Assembly: GCA_950097015.1 (NCBI GenBank)
Contig: CATNEN010000038.1
Coordinates: forward strand, 18,104,001 to 18,168,000
Direction of reading: 5' to 3'
Origin: Macrostomum hystrix
Taxonomy: Eukaryota > Animalia > Platyhelminthes
DNA length: 64,000 bases
Under the pieces are notes generated by a model that was given only the letters and a program-made list of their open reading frames with translations, searched no databases and was not told where the DNA came from. Position numbers and translations under genes: made by a program. Below, piece after piece: positions 63,176 to 64,000 of this stretch (positions are counted from its first letter, which is position 1; the number at the start of each line of letters is the position of its first letter).

Positions 63176-63893
63176 ATGGCTTACGGATTCAACCCGAGGC
63201 TGGACCCCCGTGCTGCAGACTGCCATTTAAAAAGCATCCTATGTTGACATTCACCCCGTGAACTCCATTGCTGCCAACTCTCCCATTGAGTTCGACTGCC
63301 ACCCATCAGCTGATGAGTACACAGATCTGCTGAACTCCTTTCTGTATGTTCGCTGTCGCCTAGTCCGACTAGGATCAGGAAGCCTGATGAGGGAGGATGT
63401 TCAAGATTCTGATGGAGTTTTTACAGAGCGCAGGGACAGCGATGTGCACCCAGAAAATGCTGTCCTGTCCACGGCCTTCTCCGATGTGATCGTGAGCATC
63501 AACCAGCGAGTCGTGTCTGGGGGAGACCTATCCCTACCACGCGCACTTCAAAGCCCCCATGAGTTCATCCGATGCCCAGCAGCTGAAGTTCTTCCCTGCT
63601 GGATTCCTGGAGCCTGGCTCTGCCGCTGTCCGTCTGCCGCTCTGCCGCACACGGAGAACCACAGGGAATCCCACTGGATGGAGTATGCGGGGCCGCTGCT
63701 CAGCGACATCTTCCAGTGCCCAGTGTTTCTGCTAAATAACCTGCATCTGCACATCAAGCTCGTGTCCAGCGATGGTGCATTTGCCATCAGAGCTCCGGCT
63801 GCAAACAACACGGCCTTCCGCATGGAAATGTCGCACTGCATTCTGCATCTTCGCCGAGTCAAAGTGGTGCACCCACATAAGCCTGGCCCATGA
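63176..63893 (+). pseudogene. Polinton/adintovirus major capsid (double jelly-roll) protein, N-terminal part, disrupted
   Basis: QTAI*..YVDIHPVNS..PIEF..EYTDLLNSFLYVRCRL..STAFSDVIVSIN..GPLLSDIF..LLNNLHLHIKL..LHLRRVKV pattern typical of Polinton capsids; stop and frameshifts present. Confidence 0.8.
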
Positions 63894-64000
63894 ACAGGGA
63901 TTGACCAACCAGAATGCCCAGTAATAGGAAATTCTATTGATCTGTTCAATTCCTTGGGCTGGGATTCAGATGTGCTGAAGATAATTTATGATATTATTAA

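Larger units (their letters stand above)
60544..63893 (+). mobile_element. Degraded Maverick/Polinton (endogenous adintovirus-like) segment; true ends not identified
   Basis: Intronless, tightly packed co-oriented PC4-like, integrase-chromodomain, basic protein and major capsid genes with frameshifts. Confidence 0.85.

Overview
This is eukaryotic (invertebrate animal) genomic DNA. Its composition, short introns and dense private minisatellites resemble a free-living flatworm such as Macrostomum, but that assignment is inference only. Five intron-containing host genes are present: a secreted Ser-Gly/acidic proteoglycan-like (syndecan-like) gene on - running off the left edge, a complete IFT122 (+), an orphan low-complexity gene (-), a PPM1A/B-type PP2C phosphatase (-) and a GON-1/ADAMTS9/20-type metalloprotease (+). 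Introns and intergenic DNA hold more than a dozen locus-specific tandem arrays, two tRNA-derived SINE families, several MITEs with clear TIRs/TSDs, RTE-type LINE fragments and a deleted Tc1/IS630 element. The right end carries a decayed Maverick/Polinton (endogenous virus) with a tandem PC4-like gene, an integrase-chromodomain gene and a major capsid gene. The most unusual signals are: (i) TA-G(n)C(n)-TA micro-insertions that look like excision footprints of a GGG..CCC/TA transposon, clustered upstream of PPM1; (ii) a twin-priming-type 5' inversion in an RTE; (iii) a minisatellite amplified from a SINE A-box; (iv) the PC4-bearing Polinton. Exon boundaries were read by eye and may be off by a few bases.
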